From Octopus bimaculoides (taxonomy: Eukaryota): a DNA stretch of 37,266 nucleotides. Made by a program: the position numbers and the translations under genes. The stretch is taken from positions 58,538,918-58,576,183 of the forward strand of contig NC_068982.1 in NCBI RefSeq assembly GCF_001194135.2, given 5' to 3'. The notes beneath the pieces are model-generated. The model saw only the letters and a list, made by a program, of their open reading frames with translations, was not told the DNA's origin and ran no database searches. This document shows positions 1 through 11,744 of this stretch, one piece after another (positions within the stretch are counted from its first letter, which is position 1; each line of letters starts with the position of its first letter).

Positions 1-340
1 AATGAAGCCAGCATGCTCCGATGGATGAGTAATGTCAGTGTGCATTCCAGACAGAGTGTAAGTATCTTGAGAGAAAAGTTGAACCTAAGAAGCATCAGTT
101 GTGTGCAAAGAGAGACGATTGCGCTGGTATGGACATGTGGTGAGAATGGATGAGGATAGCTGTGTGAAAAATTGCCACACCCTAGCGGTTGAGGGAACCC
201 ATGGAAGAGGCAGGCCCAGGAAGACCTGGGATGAGGTGGTGAAGCATGACCTCCGAACATTAGGCCTCACCGAGGCAATGACTTCTGACCGAGACCTCTG
301 GAAATATGCCGTGCATGAGAAGACCCGGCAAGCCAAGTGA
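1..340 (+). mobile_element. RTE-clade LINE, ORF2 C-terminus (frameshifted, runs off the window start)
   Basis: Frame 1 reads NEASMLRWMSNVSVHSRQSVSILREKLNLRSI; after a frameshift near 105-112 it continues RRLRWYGHVVRM...GRGRPRKTWDEVVKHDL to a stop at 338-340. These are typical post-RT motifs of RTE elements. Confidence 0.9.
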
Positions 341-1015
341 GACCAAAATCCAAGGCCTCTGCCAGGGATGTAACCAGCCCACTTATGCATAACATTCCTT
401 CTTTGGACACTAAACTCCGCTTGTGAAGACTTGTTGAGGTAATTGAAATCGAAATCGAACTAAATTTGTAGACTGGCACCCATGCCAATATCTTCATTGA
501 GCACTAAACTCGGCTTGCGAAGACCTGTTGGGGCAAGCGAAAGCGAAATCGTGATGGCACCAGTACCAGTAAATCACTAAGAGCACCGTCCGAGCGTGAT
601 CGTTGCCAGAGCACCAGCTGTCTGGCTTTCGTGCTGGTGGCATGTAAATAGCACCATTTGAGCGTGACCGTTACCAACGTCGCCTTCCTGGCACTTGTGC
701 CAGTGGCACATGAAAAGACATTCGAGCGAGTTCATTGCCAGTACCGCTGGACTGGCTCCTGTGCAGGTGGCACGTAAAATACACCATTTCGAGCATGGCA
801 GTTGCCAGTACCGCCTGACTGGCCTTCGTGCTGGTGGCACGTAAAAGCACCCACTACACTCTCTGAGTGGTTGGCGTTAGGAAGGGCATCCAGCTGTAGA
901 AACTCTGCCAAATCAGATTGGAGCCTGGTGTAGCCATCTGGTTTACCAGTCCTCAGTCAAATCGTCCAACCCATGCTAGCATGGAAAGCGGACGTTAAAC
1001 GATGATGATGATGAT
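341..1015 (+). mobile_element. 3' UTR of the RTE element with internal tandem repeats and a (GAT)n tail
   Basis: Directly follows the ORF2 stop. It holds an imperfect ~95-bp duplication (~400-550) and ~65-70-bp imperfect tandem units (~588-850), and ends ...catggaaagcggacgttaaac(gat)5 at 1015. The terminal ~170 bp recurs elsewhere in the window. Confidence 0.8.
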
Positions 1016-2009
1016 AGGTTTACATATTTATAAATATACGCCATTGTTTTCCTCTTTCCCTCCAACACTTTCTACGGAAAAGGCTGATCTTTGGTAAAGA
1101 TCACTGAAGACACTTTTTATAGAAAAGGCCGATATTTCGGACTGGTATCGAAAGATTGCCAAATATTATTTTCTGTACATGTTGATTTTTAAAGAGTTCA
1201 TTAGTGAGTGACTGGATATTTGAAGACATTTTGACAATAAGTGAGGAATTGCCCACCCTCCTTACCAACCCTTCTTCTGTATGGTTGTTTGGTCTGTTAG
1301 GAATTGCAGTTAATTATCTCTAAGATTGTTCCTTCAAGTCCTGAAAATAGAAGGTTCGGAACATCAACCATATAAGCCTAGATACATACTAGATGGAAAA
1401 AAAAAGACAGCAACAACAAAAAATAAAGAAAGCAAAAAACAAAAATATGAATGGTCAGATCTGGAATGTGTTTGATCATAACTGTTTAGTCAGGGGTGGT
1501 TTGGGGCTTAGCAACAAGAGTAACAACAACAACAGCAACAACAACAACCATACATGGAAAAGGTCACCTGCATTTTTATTGACCATAACAAAAACAAAAT
1601 GCAAATGGAAAAACAAACTCTCCACCACGCAGTCATCTAGAAGAGACCCATTACAAGAAAATTCCTTAATTTTATTCTATTTCCCTCTTTTGTCGAGAAA
1701 AATCAATATTGGCATGTATGTACATTGCAGGTGGGTGGGGGTAGGTCTAAGGTTAGAAGGGGAAATAGTAAACAAATTAAAATAAAATAAAATAAAATAC
1801 ATAGATGTGAAAGGGACGTCAAATGATGGTGCCAAGTTACCAATGTTCGTAATGGGGTAGTGCCAGGAATAACAATTGACCGAGAAAACTACACTCTCAG
1901 CACCAACGTTTTGATGATATAATTATTAGATTGAAACAGATTAGATTTAATAATCTGCTGTATCCCTTCTCTTTTCCTTTCTCTTCCTCTTCTTGTGTAT
2001 GTACGCACT

Positions 2010-2082
2010 CACACTTATGTATGTATGTATGTATATGTCTATTATATATATATGAATATGTGTGTGAGTGTGTATGTATATA

Positions 2083-2132
<50 letters not shown>
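2010..2132. repeat. (TG/TA)n microsatellite running into a gap
   Basis: Mixed TATG/TG repeat, then pure (TA)n up to the Ns. Confidence 0.95.
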
Positions 2133-3003
2133 NNNNNNNNNNNNNNNNNNNNNNNNNNNNNNNNNNNNNNNNNNNNNNNNNNNNNNNNNNNNNNNNNNNN
2201 NNNNNNNNNNNNNNNNNNNNNNNNNNNNNNNNNNNNNNNNNNNNNNNNNNNNNNNNNNNNNNNNNNNNNNNNNNNNNNNNNNNNNNNNNNNNNNNNNNNN
2301 NNNNNNNNNNNNNNNNNNNNNNNNNNNNNNNNNNNNNNNNNNNNNNNNNNNNNNNNNNNNNNNNNNNNNNNNNNNNNNNNNNNNNNNNNNNNNNNNNNNN
2401 NNNNNNNNNNNNNNNNNNNNNNNNNNNNNNNNNNNNNNNNNNNNNNNNNNNNNNNNNNNNNNNNNNNNNNNNNNNNNNNNNNNNNNNNNNNNNNNNNNNN
2501 NNNNNNNNNNNNNNNNNNNNNNNNNNNNNNNNNNNNNNNNNNNNNNNNNNNNNNNNNNNNNNNNNNNNNNNNNNNNNNNNNNNNNNNNNNNNNNNNNNNN
2601 NNNNNNNNNNNNNNNNNNNNNNNNNNNNNNNNNNNNNNNNNNNNNNNNNNNNNNNNNNNNNNNNNNNNNNNNNNNNNNNNNNNNNNNNNNNNNNNNNNNN
2701 NNNNNNNNNNNNNNNNNNNNNNNNNNNNNNNNNNNNNNNNNNNNNNNNNNNNNNNNNNNNNNNNNNNNNNNNNNNNNNNNNNNNNNNNNNNNNNNNNNNN
2801 NNNNNNNNNNNNNNNNNNNNNNNNNNNNNNNNNNNNNNNNNNNNNNNNNNNNNNNNNNNNNNNNNNNNNNNNNNNNNNNNNNNNNNNNNNNNNNNNNNNN
2901 NNNNNNNNNNNNNNNNNNNNNNNNNNNNNNNNNNNNNNNNNNNNNNNNNNNNNNNNNNNNNNNNNNNNNNNNNNNNNNNNNNNNNNNNNNNNNNNNNNNN
3001 NNN
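2133..3003. other. assembly gap
   Basis: Run of N. Confidence 1.
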
Positions 3004-5479
3004 TTATTATTATTATTATTAATATTTCATTGTTTTAAGAAATCAAAAAAAAAAAAAATAAGGCACATTAAGGGTTCTTTTTGGGATCCTTTTGGGGGTC
3101 CTTTTAACATCAGTCCTATTGGTGACTAGGAAAAACATTAAAGCCAATCAAAAATTAAAAGTAATAAATTCTGTTTTTATATTTTTCTTTTTTTTAATTT
3201 TCAATAATTGTAAGAATTTTACAGTTAAATAACCAGAATTCAACTAAATTTTACAGGTAATTTTGGGAATTTTCGGGAATTAATGTCTTCTGTTTTTTTT
3301 TTTAGTTTTATTTTAGCTCATTTTCAGTTGGTTTTTTTTTATATATTTATATTTTTTGTTTCATCTATTTTTAGTAAGATATTCTTTAGAATACTTATAT
3401 AAAGGAAATTGTGAATGGTAAGAATATTTCGGTCACACAATGTAATCAAAGAAAATTCAAAAGCTGTTTAGGCTATCAGTATCAGGTGTAAAAATGAAGT
3501 GATTTTGTCTTGGATTTATTTATTTTTTTTGTTTTGTATTGTTTTTGCCATTCCTGGTTGAACTCTTTATGAGTTCTTGACATATGATTGGTTAGTGGTG
3601 GTGGTTTTGTGGATGAAAATTAAGTGGAATTTAGAAGAAAATTTGGAGAAATTAATAGCAAAATAAATAAATAAATAAATATGATAAACTGCAAGTATAA
3701 ATAATAATAATGATAATGATAATAATAATAATAGGATTGAGAAAGTGAGTAAGGAAATGTAAAAATGCATTTGGAAGAATTAAGATAATCAAGAAAAATT
3801 AAAAAGAATTAAGGAGAATGAAAAAGAAGTATGAAAGGGGAGAAGGAGGAGGAGGAGGAAGAAGGAGAAGAAGAAGGAGGAAGAAAAAGAGGGGAAGAAG
3901 CAAAAAGAAGAAATGACTGGTCATGATGATGATGTGATGAAGAAGAAAAGTGAGGAGGAGGAAACAAAAAAGTGAGGATGGTGATATGCCAGTGTGTCAC
4001 GTTGTGATTTTATCGAATTATTCCTAAAAAAAAAAAGAAATTAAAATAAAATAAAATTAAAATATCTATCTGATCCACTATTCATAATAATTGGCATTTG
4101 AACACTGAGAATGGGGCTTCAATTTAGTTAGCAACCTATATGGAGAAAGAGACGAAGAAAGGAAGAATGAGATGAGAGAAATAATGAAAAGAAAGAGAGA
4201 GAAAAAAAGATAAAGAAAACTGAGAGAAAAGATGCAGGCAAAAAAGAGTATGAAAAGAAAAACATAAATAAAACAAACAAAAATGAAAAGGAAATTAGTG
4301 CCGGTATTGAGATAGAGGCGTTGGAGGTAGGCAAAACAGCGTTTATCACATCAAGGCTAGCAAAAGATGGAGTCAAAGCAATTGATGTTATCAGGCTGAT
4401 AATTACAAGAAGTGTAATATAACGTGAGTTATTTTGCAAGTTCCTTATCGTCTGATGTTCCAATTGCTTCACATTATTAGTAAAACTAACCTCTAATTTC
4501 TGCTTCCATTTATTATTACCATCAACCAACCAGATACTTGCAGTGATTACAGGAGAGAAGAGACAAAAAGAAAAAGGAAAACGGAGGAGGAGGAGAATCC
4601 AAGAACAAAAGGTGAAATAAATAAATGAAAAAAATAAAGGAACGAGAAATAAAAAAAAAAGACCAAAGCAAAAAATAAAAAGAAAGCCAAGAACATCGCC
4701 AATACAAAAGAGGAGGGACTTTAACAATGAATAATAGAACTGCGGCAGGTTCTTATATCAAATATTATATTATATTATATTATAATAGAGGTCTCTTTCA
4801 GCTGATGAAAAGGTTTTGAAAGGAAGAAGGAAAAAACAAGAGAAGGAGAAGAAGAGAGAGACAGAGAGAGGCGTAGCAGGGGAGCTTATTATAGATGATC
4901 TTTTATTCTATGAGCTGTGTTTTAGCAGCCATTTTGAGACAAGGAGTTTAAACTGGCTATTCAGAGTCTGTCCAATAACAATGATTGGTGTTTTCACATC
5001 CCATTATCAAAGGTGGGAGGTCAGAGGTGTATGTTAGATCCATATGAAAAAGAAAAGAAAAGAAAAGAAAAAAAAACGATATAAAATATACAAATAAAAA
5101 AAAATACAACTAAGATACATTTCCCTCTCTTTTTCCATTCAATATCAAGTGAGATGCTGTAGCAAATGATGTAATTACTTGTGGTGATCGTAATGGTTTG
5201 AGGAGTGGGGATTAAGAAGGGCATTAATAGTGTTGGCCAAGATACTAGTGATGGGGATGGGGTAGTGGTTATGGTGGGGTTGATAGCGATCCACATGTAT
5301 AGCTGACTATGTACTCTCCCATTTATTTTATTTTTATAGTCTTTTGCCGTTGTATTTTTTCCCAAAATATTTAATATAAAATAATATTATCTGTTACAAG
5401 AATGATTTGAGACAAAAAAGATGCCCAGAATTAAAACTTTGGTTATGTAAAGCATCACATCTTCAGTGCAAACAAGTAC

Positions 5480-5700
5480 TGCATCCCTCAATAATTAGGG
5501 TCCACAAGGGAATACTGTTCTCCACATCTGAGACAGCCCTCCCACTGCAAATACAAGCATCCTAGGTCACACCCAGAGAAAGGTCGCTCAAGCTGTCTCT
5601 TCTATCTCCACTTTTTTCTACCACTACTGAAATGACCTCTCCTTTTCGGCACTGGATGATCTCATGCTGCCTCTACTCAGGCACCCCTAACTCACTCATT
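5480..5700 (+). mobile_element. degraded CR1/L2-group LINE, post-RT region
   Basis: Across frameshifts reads IR..EYCS HI*DS...SILGHTQRKV...SSISTFFYHY*ND, resembling the IRP.MEYCSHIW...LD.IQR and SL.LFY.YY motifs of this group. Confidence 0.55.
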
Positions 5701-5857
5701 TCTCTTCCCCTCGTCTCCCCTGTTATGTCCAAACACCAGGTGCTGCATTAACCCCTAAACTTTATCTGTCTTCTTCCAGAATTTGATAAAGCTCCTTCAA
5801 TGAGAATTTAAAGTCTAAAAGCAACAATCAGTTGAGATAACTCCAATAAAATCTGTT

Positions 5858-6255
5858 ACTCTTTTACTTGTTTCAGTCTTTTGACTGGCCATGCTGGAGC
5901 ACCACCTTTTAGTCGAACAAATCGACCCCAGGACTTATTCTTTAGAAGCCTAGTACTTATTCTATCGATCACTTTTGCCGAACCGCTAAGTTACGGGGAC
6001 ATAAACACACCAGCATCGGTTGTCAAGCGATGTTGGGGGGACAAACACACAAACATACACACACACATACATATATATATACACATATATACGACGGGCT
6101 TCTTTCAGTTTCCGTCTACCAAATCCACTCACAAGGCTTTGGTCGGCCCGAGGCTATAGTAGAAGACACTTGCCCAAGATGCCGCGCAGTGGGACTGAAC
6201 CCGGGACCATGTGGGTGGTAAGCTAGCTACTTACCACACAGCCACTCCTACGCCT
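5858..6255 (-). mobile_element. tRNA-derived SINE (family A), full length with internal microsatellite
   Basis: Minus-strand head has A-box-like TGGCTGTGTGG and B-box-like GGTTCAGTCC. An internal (TA)/(TG) tract lies at ~6045-6090. Homologous to 28462-28820 (+). Confidence 0.85.
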
Positions 6256-6308
6256 ATTGTTGGTCAAAATATTTAGACAGTTATAGCCAATGTTCGTCAA
6301 TTTAGTTT

Positions 6309-6490
6309 TTAACTCCTTTGTGTTTAAACTGGCCATAGCTGGCTTAAATATTCCACCTGTTCTTACATTCAGACTGGCCAGACCCTGCCTCTCTTTCACC
6401 TATCCTACAATGCCATTTTAAAAATAAACAATCACATCATCAAAATTTTGAAGCTACAAGATAATGTTTCATTAATTCAAAACAAATAAA
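6309..6490 (+). mobile_element. partial piggyBac-like MITE
   Basis: Starts TTAA-ctcctttg and aligns with 22856-23040; the right end is missing. Confidence 0.55.
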
Positions 6491-6504
6491 CTTTACGTTT
6501 ACAT

Positions 6505-6676
6505 GGGTAGGCATTGCTCTGTGGTAAAAAGCTTGCTTCCCTACCATATGGTTCTGGATTCACTCCCACTGTGTGGCATCTTGGACAAGTGTCTTTTACT
6601 ATAGTCTCGGACTGACCAAAGCCTTGTGAGTGGAGTTGAGAGACGGAAACTGAAAGAAGCCTGTTGTGTGTGTGTG
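6505..6676 (+). mobile_element. SINE family A, 5' half
   Basis: Matches the head and body of the 5858-6255 copy and ends at the (TG)n tract. Confidence 0.8.
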
Positions 6677-6681
6677 TTATA

Positions 6682-6724
<43 letters not shown>

Positions 6725-6785
6725 AATAAAAAGTTTTGAATGGTACAACAATGCACTATAATACAAAAAATGGACTATGTACCTG

Positions 6786-7170
6786 CTGTCAGATAATTTC
6801 TGTGACCACATCATCCCTAACATCTGACCACCTAACTCCCCAGACAGCAACCCTCTTTGATTATTATGTGTGGGGTGCAGTTGAGTGAGAGACCAACAAA
6901 ACTCCATGTTACACCAAAGATGAACTGAAGACAAGGATTATGGCAGCATTCTCCAACTTAAACAAAGAGACCATCCAGAAGAGCTGCAGGAAATTCTGAA
7001 GTCGTCTGGAAGCCATGGTTGAAGCCAATGGTGATTTTATTGAATAAATTTACTCTTTAGTATTTCAGGATATTTTAATGTAATTTTGGTAAACACATCT
7101 GTTAAAATGAGATGTCAGTGTTATTTTCATTTTTGCATAATTTAGATGACAGTTTATTCATTGCACCCTG
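6786..7170 (+). mobile_element. Tc1/mariner (maT-like) transposase C-terminus with right terminal repeat
   Basis: Reads I*PPNSPDSNPL(fs)DYYVWGAVE*...KDELKTRI...SRLEAMVEANGDFIE*, with the stop at 7045-7047. It contains the WPPNSPDLNP.DY motif around the third catalytic Asp and ends caccctg followed by TA. Confidence 0.9.
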
Positions 7171-7194
7171 TATATATATATATAAATATATACA

Positions 7195-7241
7195 CACAGT
7201 CCTACTAACCCCAAGATTCCGAGTTTGATTCCAGGCAGTGA

Positions 7242-7279
<38 letters not shown>

Positions 7280-7418
7280 TCAAAAAATACCTTAGGAATG
7301 CGAACCCAGGTTCGAAATTTCCCCAAGACACCCGATGAAGGCTGGAGGATATATCAGCCGAAACGTGTTAACAACAAACAAGATGAGGACAAATATCCGT
7401 CAAATGCAAATAATGTAA
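7195..7418 (+). mobile_element. interspersed repeat: tRNA-like head, (AAT)n, then Penelope-type segment
   Basis: B-box-like gagtttgattcc at ~7221, (AAT)n at 7247-7278, then gatgaaggctg...cagccgaaac, a motif characteristic of Penelope-like element terminal repeats. Confidence 0.6.
7327..7369 (+). ncRNA. degenerate minimal type I hammerhead-like motif
   Basis: Stem I gacac/gtgtt, core CCGATGA (canonical CTGANGA), stem II ggctg/cagcc, then GAAAC. The stem III/cleavage segment appears deleted. Confidence 0.5.
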
Positions 7419-7491
7419 ATTATGTGTATATATATATATACATACACACACACACATATATATATATATATGTATATACATATATATATAT

Positions 7492-7705
7492 AAGGGGGTT
7501 CTGGAAAGTTCTTGCCCTTTAAGATATCATGAAATACCTAGTTAGAGGCCCAGCCTTGTGAGTTCTTTTTACAGGGCTTAGAAAAACTGAAGGACTACTG
7601 CAATAAGTGTGTGAATCTGAGAGGGGAATATATTGAATAAAATCATAATTAACTGACCCTTCAGTATTTTCTTTTACAGCCAGGAACATTTCAGCACCCT
7701 CTTGC
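7492..7705 (+). mobile_element. mariner-derived MITE
   Basis: Imperfect terminal inverted repeats (agggggttctggaaagttcttg and ccaggaacatttcagcaccctct) enclose NKCVNLRGEYIE*, a mariner C-terminal remnant. Confidence 0.7.
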
Positions 7706-7719
7706 ATATCATCAGCATC

Positions 7720-7950
7720 GTTTTAACATTCATTTTTACATGCTGTCATGGGTTGGGTAGAATTTGTTGAGGTAGACTTTGTTTGGCCAGATGCTCTTCT
7801 TGCTGCCAACTACTCTTACTTACTTCCAATGAAGGTAATGTTTCCCCAAGACCAGATATGTTTTCACTGAAGACTGGAAATAAAGGATGCTGATTGGATG
7901 ATGGTGACACTCATTTACGACTATCATGTGAAGTCGAGACAAAGAGACAC
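7720..7950. mobile_element. unclassified interspersed repeat (family F)
   Basis: Diverged homolog of ~35730-35890. Confidence 0.55.
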
Positions 7951-7977
7951 CAACACACACACACACATATTATATAT

Positions 7978-8322
7978 AAAAGAGTAAAGGGTAAAGACCT
8001 TCTTCAGTTTTGAATGACCATGGAATTGCACCTAGAAAGCTCCCCTCCAAGGCACAAGTCCAGGCAGGGTTGTTTGTGGAAGACCAGCAGTCGCCCATGC
8101 ATACCATCCTCTTCCTTGCCACCGATGTTATCCAAGGGAAAGGCAAAGGCCGATACAGCTTGGTACCAGTGACGTTGCAAATCATTTCTACAGCTGAGTG
8201 AACTGGGGCAACATGAAATAAAGTGTTTTGCTCAAGAACACAACACACAGCCGGGATTGGGAATTGAACGCACTACCTCATGACTGTGAACCCGAAGCTC
8301 TAACCACTGAGTCATGTGCCTT
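7978..8322 (-). mobile_element. tRNA-derived SINE (family C)
   Basis: Minus-strand head TGACTCAGTGG...GTTCAATTCC, followed by gtgttcttgagcaaaacacttt. Homologous to 23089-23392 and 20498-20585. Confidence 0.85.
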
Positions 8323-8848
8323 CACACATATATATATATATATATGTATACACATACACACACACACAGGTGCCAAGTATGCAGGTATGTGGAGATAAAT
8401 GAACAGGTAGAAAATACAAGAAAATCAGCTAAGATTTACGATGAAGAAGAGAGAGAGAGAGAGAGAGGAAAAGAGAAAGAGAGTAAGGTGAAGAGGAGAG
8501 CTAGGTGTTTGAATGCAAAAATGAATACTACTGAGAATGGAGGATGAGTGTTTCTCCAAGATGAAGATGAGTGTGTGATGAATATCTGAGAGGGGGGGGG
8601 AGATCGTTGAGTGGGTGGGTGGGAGATGTGTTGAGTGAGACTCAGAGGGATAAATCTATCAATCTATATCGACAGAACAATAGCTGTATGGGTGTGTGTG
8701 TGTGAATAGAGGCGGGTGGAGGCTGCTTGTTATGATAATGGGTAATGTTATAACCATGTTAGTGTAACCAGAATTAGTGGGTCCCAAACTTATGATTTGC
8801 TTAATGTTATCAAACGATTATTGTTATCAGCAGAGCAAGAGAAATAAT

Positions 8849-9135
8849 ACAGACAGACAGACAGTTGAGTCGGTAGACAGACAGATAAACAACAGAGAGA
8901 CAGACAGATGGATAGATAGACAGACAGATAAACAATAGATAAATAGACAGACAGATGAATAGATAGATGTGTGTGTGTGTGCATATATGTGTGAGCATGT
9001 GTATGAATGTGTATATAGCAAGAGAAGAGTGAGACAGAGAGGGAAATATATAGACAGACAGACAAATAGATAGATAGGTAAGTAGGTAGATAGATAGAGA
9101 GAGAGACAGACAGACAGACAGATAGATAGATAGAT
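8849..9135. repeat. (GACA/GATA)n compound microsatellite
   Basis: Visible tetranucleotide units with interspersed (TG)n and (GA)n. Confidence 0.9.
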
Positions 9136-9894
9136 CTGTATTTGAAATTAAACTAGTTCTCTCTCTCTCTCTCTCTTCTGTTCTCATTTGGTTAATTCAA
9201 ATGACTTTTGGGAATTACAAGATAAGAGTAGAAAGAGAGATAGAGGTAAATAAGTGACCACCTAAAGGTGCCACTAATAAATTATTGATGTCTAAGTCCA
9301 GTGTACTGAAATAGTGAGATGTAGCCTTATGAACCATGTAGCCATGTAAGTGGTTAGTGTGGTAGTAATGGTGGTGTGTGTGTGTGTGTGTGCTGGTTGA
9401 CGAAAGGCCAAGATGGCCAGATGAACTGGCAGGCAGGCAGGTAGGCAGGCTGGCTGGCAGATCTAGTGAAGCAAGAGAGAGTCACTTCATAAATCTCCCA
9501 ATTTCTGTCGGTGTGTTTTCAAGGATAACTCACCAAATCTTTGGTCCCACAGCTCTCGGAATGTGTGTGAATGCGCGCGTGTGTGTGTGTGTGTGAAAAG
9601 GTCAAGGGAGAAGGTAAGATGAAGAAGAAGAGGAAGAGGAAGAAGAAGGTGGTGGTGGTAAGGATTAAGATAATGATATCACTTATGGTGATAACAACAA
9701 TGATGATTATCAAAATAGAGATTATTAAAATGGAATTCCTCCTCGTCACGATCATTATAATATTCATTATTATCATCATCATAATTAATATCATCATGAC
9801 AATAGAGAACGAAGGAATCTTCAATGTTGAAGATGATGATGATGACATTGGTAATAAAGATGTGTTACACAAAATAATAATTTCTTATTTTGAC

Positions 9895-10270
9895 AAAAAC
9901 GGCACAAAATTTAGGCTGAGGGGAATAGTTAACTAAATAGTGTCCCCAGTTACTGACTGGTATCTTATTTTATGAACCCTGGAAGAATGAAAAGCGAAGT
10001 TAATCTCAATGGAATTTGAACTCAGAAGGTAAAGGGCAGTAACTAAATGTAGGAAATTATAAATTGCTTCAAATTTTGGCCTACAAATGCCTGCAATTTT
10101 AGGGAGAGGAGGAAAGTCAATTTCACTGACTCATGTTCAACTGGTACTTTATTTTAATGTCCCTGAAATAAAAAAGGCAAAATTGGTCTCAATGAGGTTT
10201 GAACTCGGAATGTAAAGAGCCACAATAAATGCCACTAAGAATTTTTTTTCAACTTGATAACCATTCTACC
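9895..10270 (-). mobile_element. two degraded SINE family B fragments
   Basis: actggtatcttatttt...ggaatttgaactcagaa and actggtactttatttt...tttgaactcggaatg match the reverse complement of 17488-17720. Confidence 0.7.
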
Positions 10271-10361
10271 AGTTCACTGCTTCGTAATAATAATTGCTTC
10301 AAATTTTGGCATAAGGTCAGCAATTTAGAAGGAAGGTGTGCAAATCGCTTAAAGTGCTTGA

Positions 10362-10458
10362 CTTTTTATTCTTTTATTTGTTTCAGACATTTGACTGTGG
10401 CCATGCTGAAGCTCCACTTTTAGTCAAACAAATTGACCCCAGGACTTATTCTTTGTAA
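10362..10458 (-). mobile_element. SINE family A, 3' fragment
   Basis: Matches 5860-5945. Confidence 0.75.
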
Positions 10459-10708
10459 GCAGGTGGCATGTTAAATGCACCATTTTGAGCGTGGCCATTG
10501 CCAGTACCGCCTGACTGGCTTTCGTGCCGGTGGCAAGTAAAAGCACCCACTACACTCTCAGAGTGGTTGGCGTTGGGAAGGGCATCCAGCTGTAGAAACT
10601 CTGCTAAATCAGATTGGAGCCTGGTGTAGCCATCTGGTTCACCAGTCCTCAGTCAAATCGTCCAACCCATGCTAGCATGGAAAGCAGATGTTAAACGATG
10701 ATGATGAT
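10459..10708 (+). mobile_element. RTE 3' end fragment with (GAT)n tail
   Basis: High similarity to ~762-1012; it runs into the gap. Confidence 0.9.
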
Positions 10709-10968
10709 NNNNNNNNNNNNNNNNNNNNNNNNNNNNNNNNNNNNNNNNNNNNNNNNNNNNNNNNNNNNNNNNNNNNNNNNNNNNNNNNNNNNNNNNNNNN
10801 NNNNNNNNNNNNNNNNNNNNNNNNNNNNNNNNNNNNNNNNNNNNNNNNNNNNNNNNNNNNNNNNNNNNNNNNNNNNNNNNNNNNNNNNNNNNNNNNNNNN
10901 NNNNNNNNNNNNNNNNNNNNNNNNNNNNNNNNNNNNNNNNNNNNNNNNNNNNNNNNNNNNNNNNNNNN
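10709..10968. other. assembly gap
   Basis: Run of N. Confidence 1.
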
Positions 10969-11231
10969 TATATATATACATACATACATACATACAAGAA
11001 ATTTTCAGATCAAGTATCGAAGATACACATTCAGTTTCATACCCATTGTTTCGGAAAAACATGTTATGTACTAAACTGCCAAGACCAAAGTTTAACTACT
11101 TAATTCATAAGCTACAAGTGGCTGTGACATCTGGCAATTTTCTTTCTTCTACAACCTAGCTACTGGCAAGGCAGCCAGTCAAAAATAAGCTAAAAATTAA
11201 TTGAAGGAGTGAATACATGCTTGCATAGATC

Positions 11232-11402
11232 CATCATCATCGTTTATCGTTTAACGTCTGCTTTCCATGCTAGCATGGGTTGGACGATTTGACTGAGGAC
11301 TGGTGAACCAGATGACTACACCAGGCTCCAATCTGATTTGGCGGAGTTTCTACAGCTGGATGCCCTTCCTAACGCCAACTACTCCGAGAGTGTAGTGGGT
11401 GC
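11232..11402 (-). mobile_element. RTE 3' end fragment
   Basis: Reverse complement of ~845-1010. Confidence 0.9.
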
Positions 11403-11744
11403 ACATATTTGTAAAACACTCCAACTTCACTTTTTTTTAGCTTAATGGGCTGAACACATGTACACAGTCACTTGTATATATGAAAACACACACACTTATA
11501 CACACAATAAGCAATGAAACACAGTCACTTGATTACTGAAGTGGCATGCAAACACACATGTACCTATTTGTATACACCACTCAATTCAGATACCCAGCTT
11601 TTTTCTTGAGTTAAACAAAAGAATCCTGTTACTTTGAACTTGTCAAAGAACAAAGAAAAATCAAAAAATGCTTAAATAAATTGCTGAGAAAATATACATA
11701 TGTTTCTACCTATCTATCTGTCTGTCTATCTATATAGCCACTAC

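Noticed and set aside
1931-3129. Long ORFs of 347-363 aa
   Set aside because: They run through the N gap and (TA)n; they are artefacts.
9480-9570. Minus-strand donor-like TTG|GTGAGT at ~9530
   Set aside because: No credible upstream acceptor or coding frame; a single consensus match is expected by chance in 37 kb.
10653-11159. ORFs spanning the second gap
   Set aside because: Mostly X residues translated from N.
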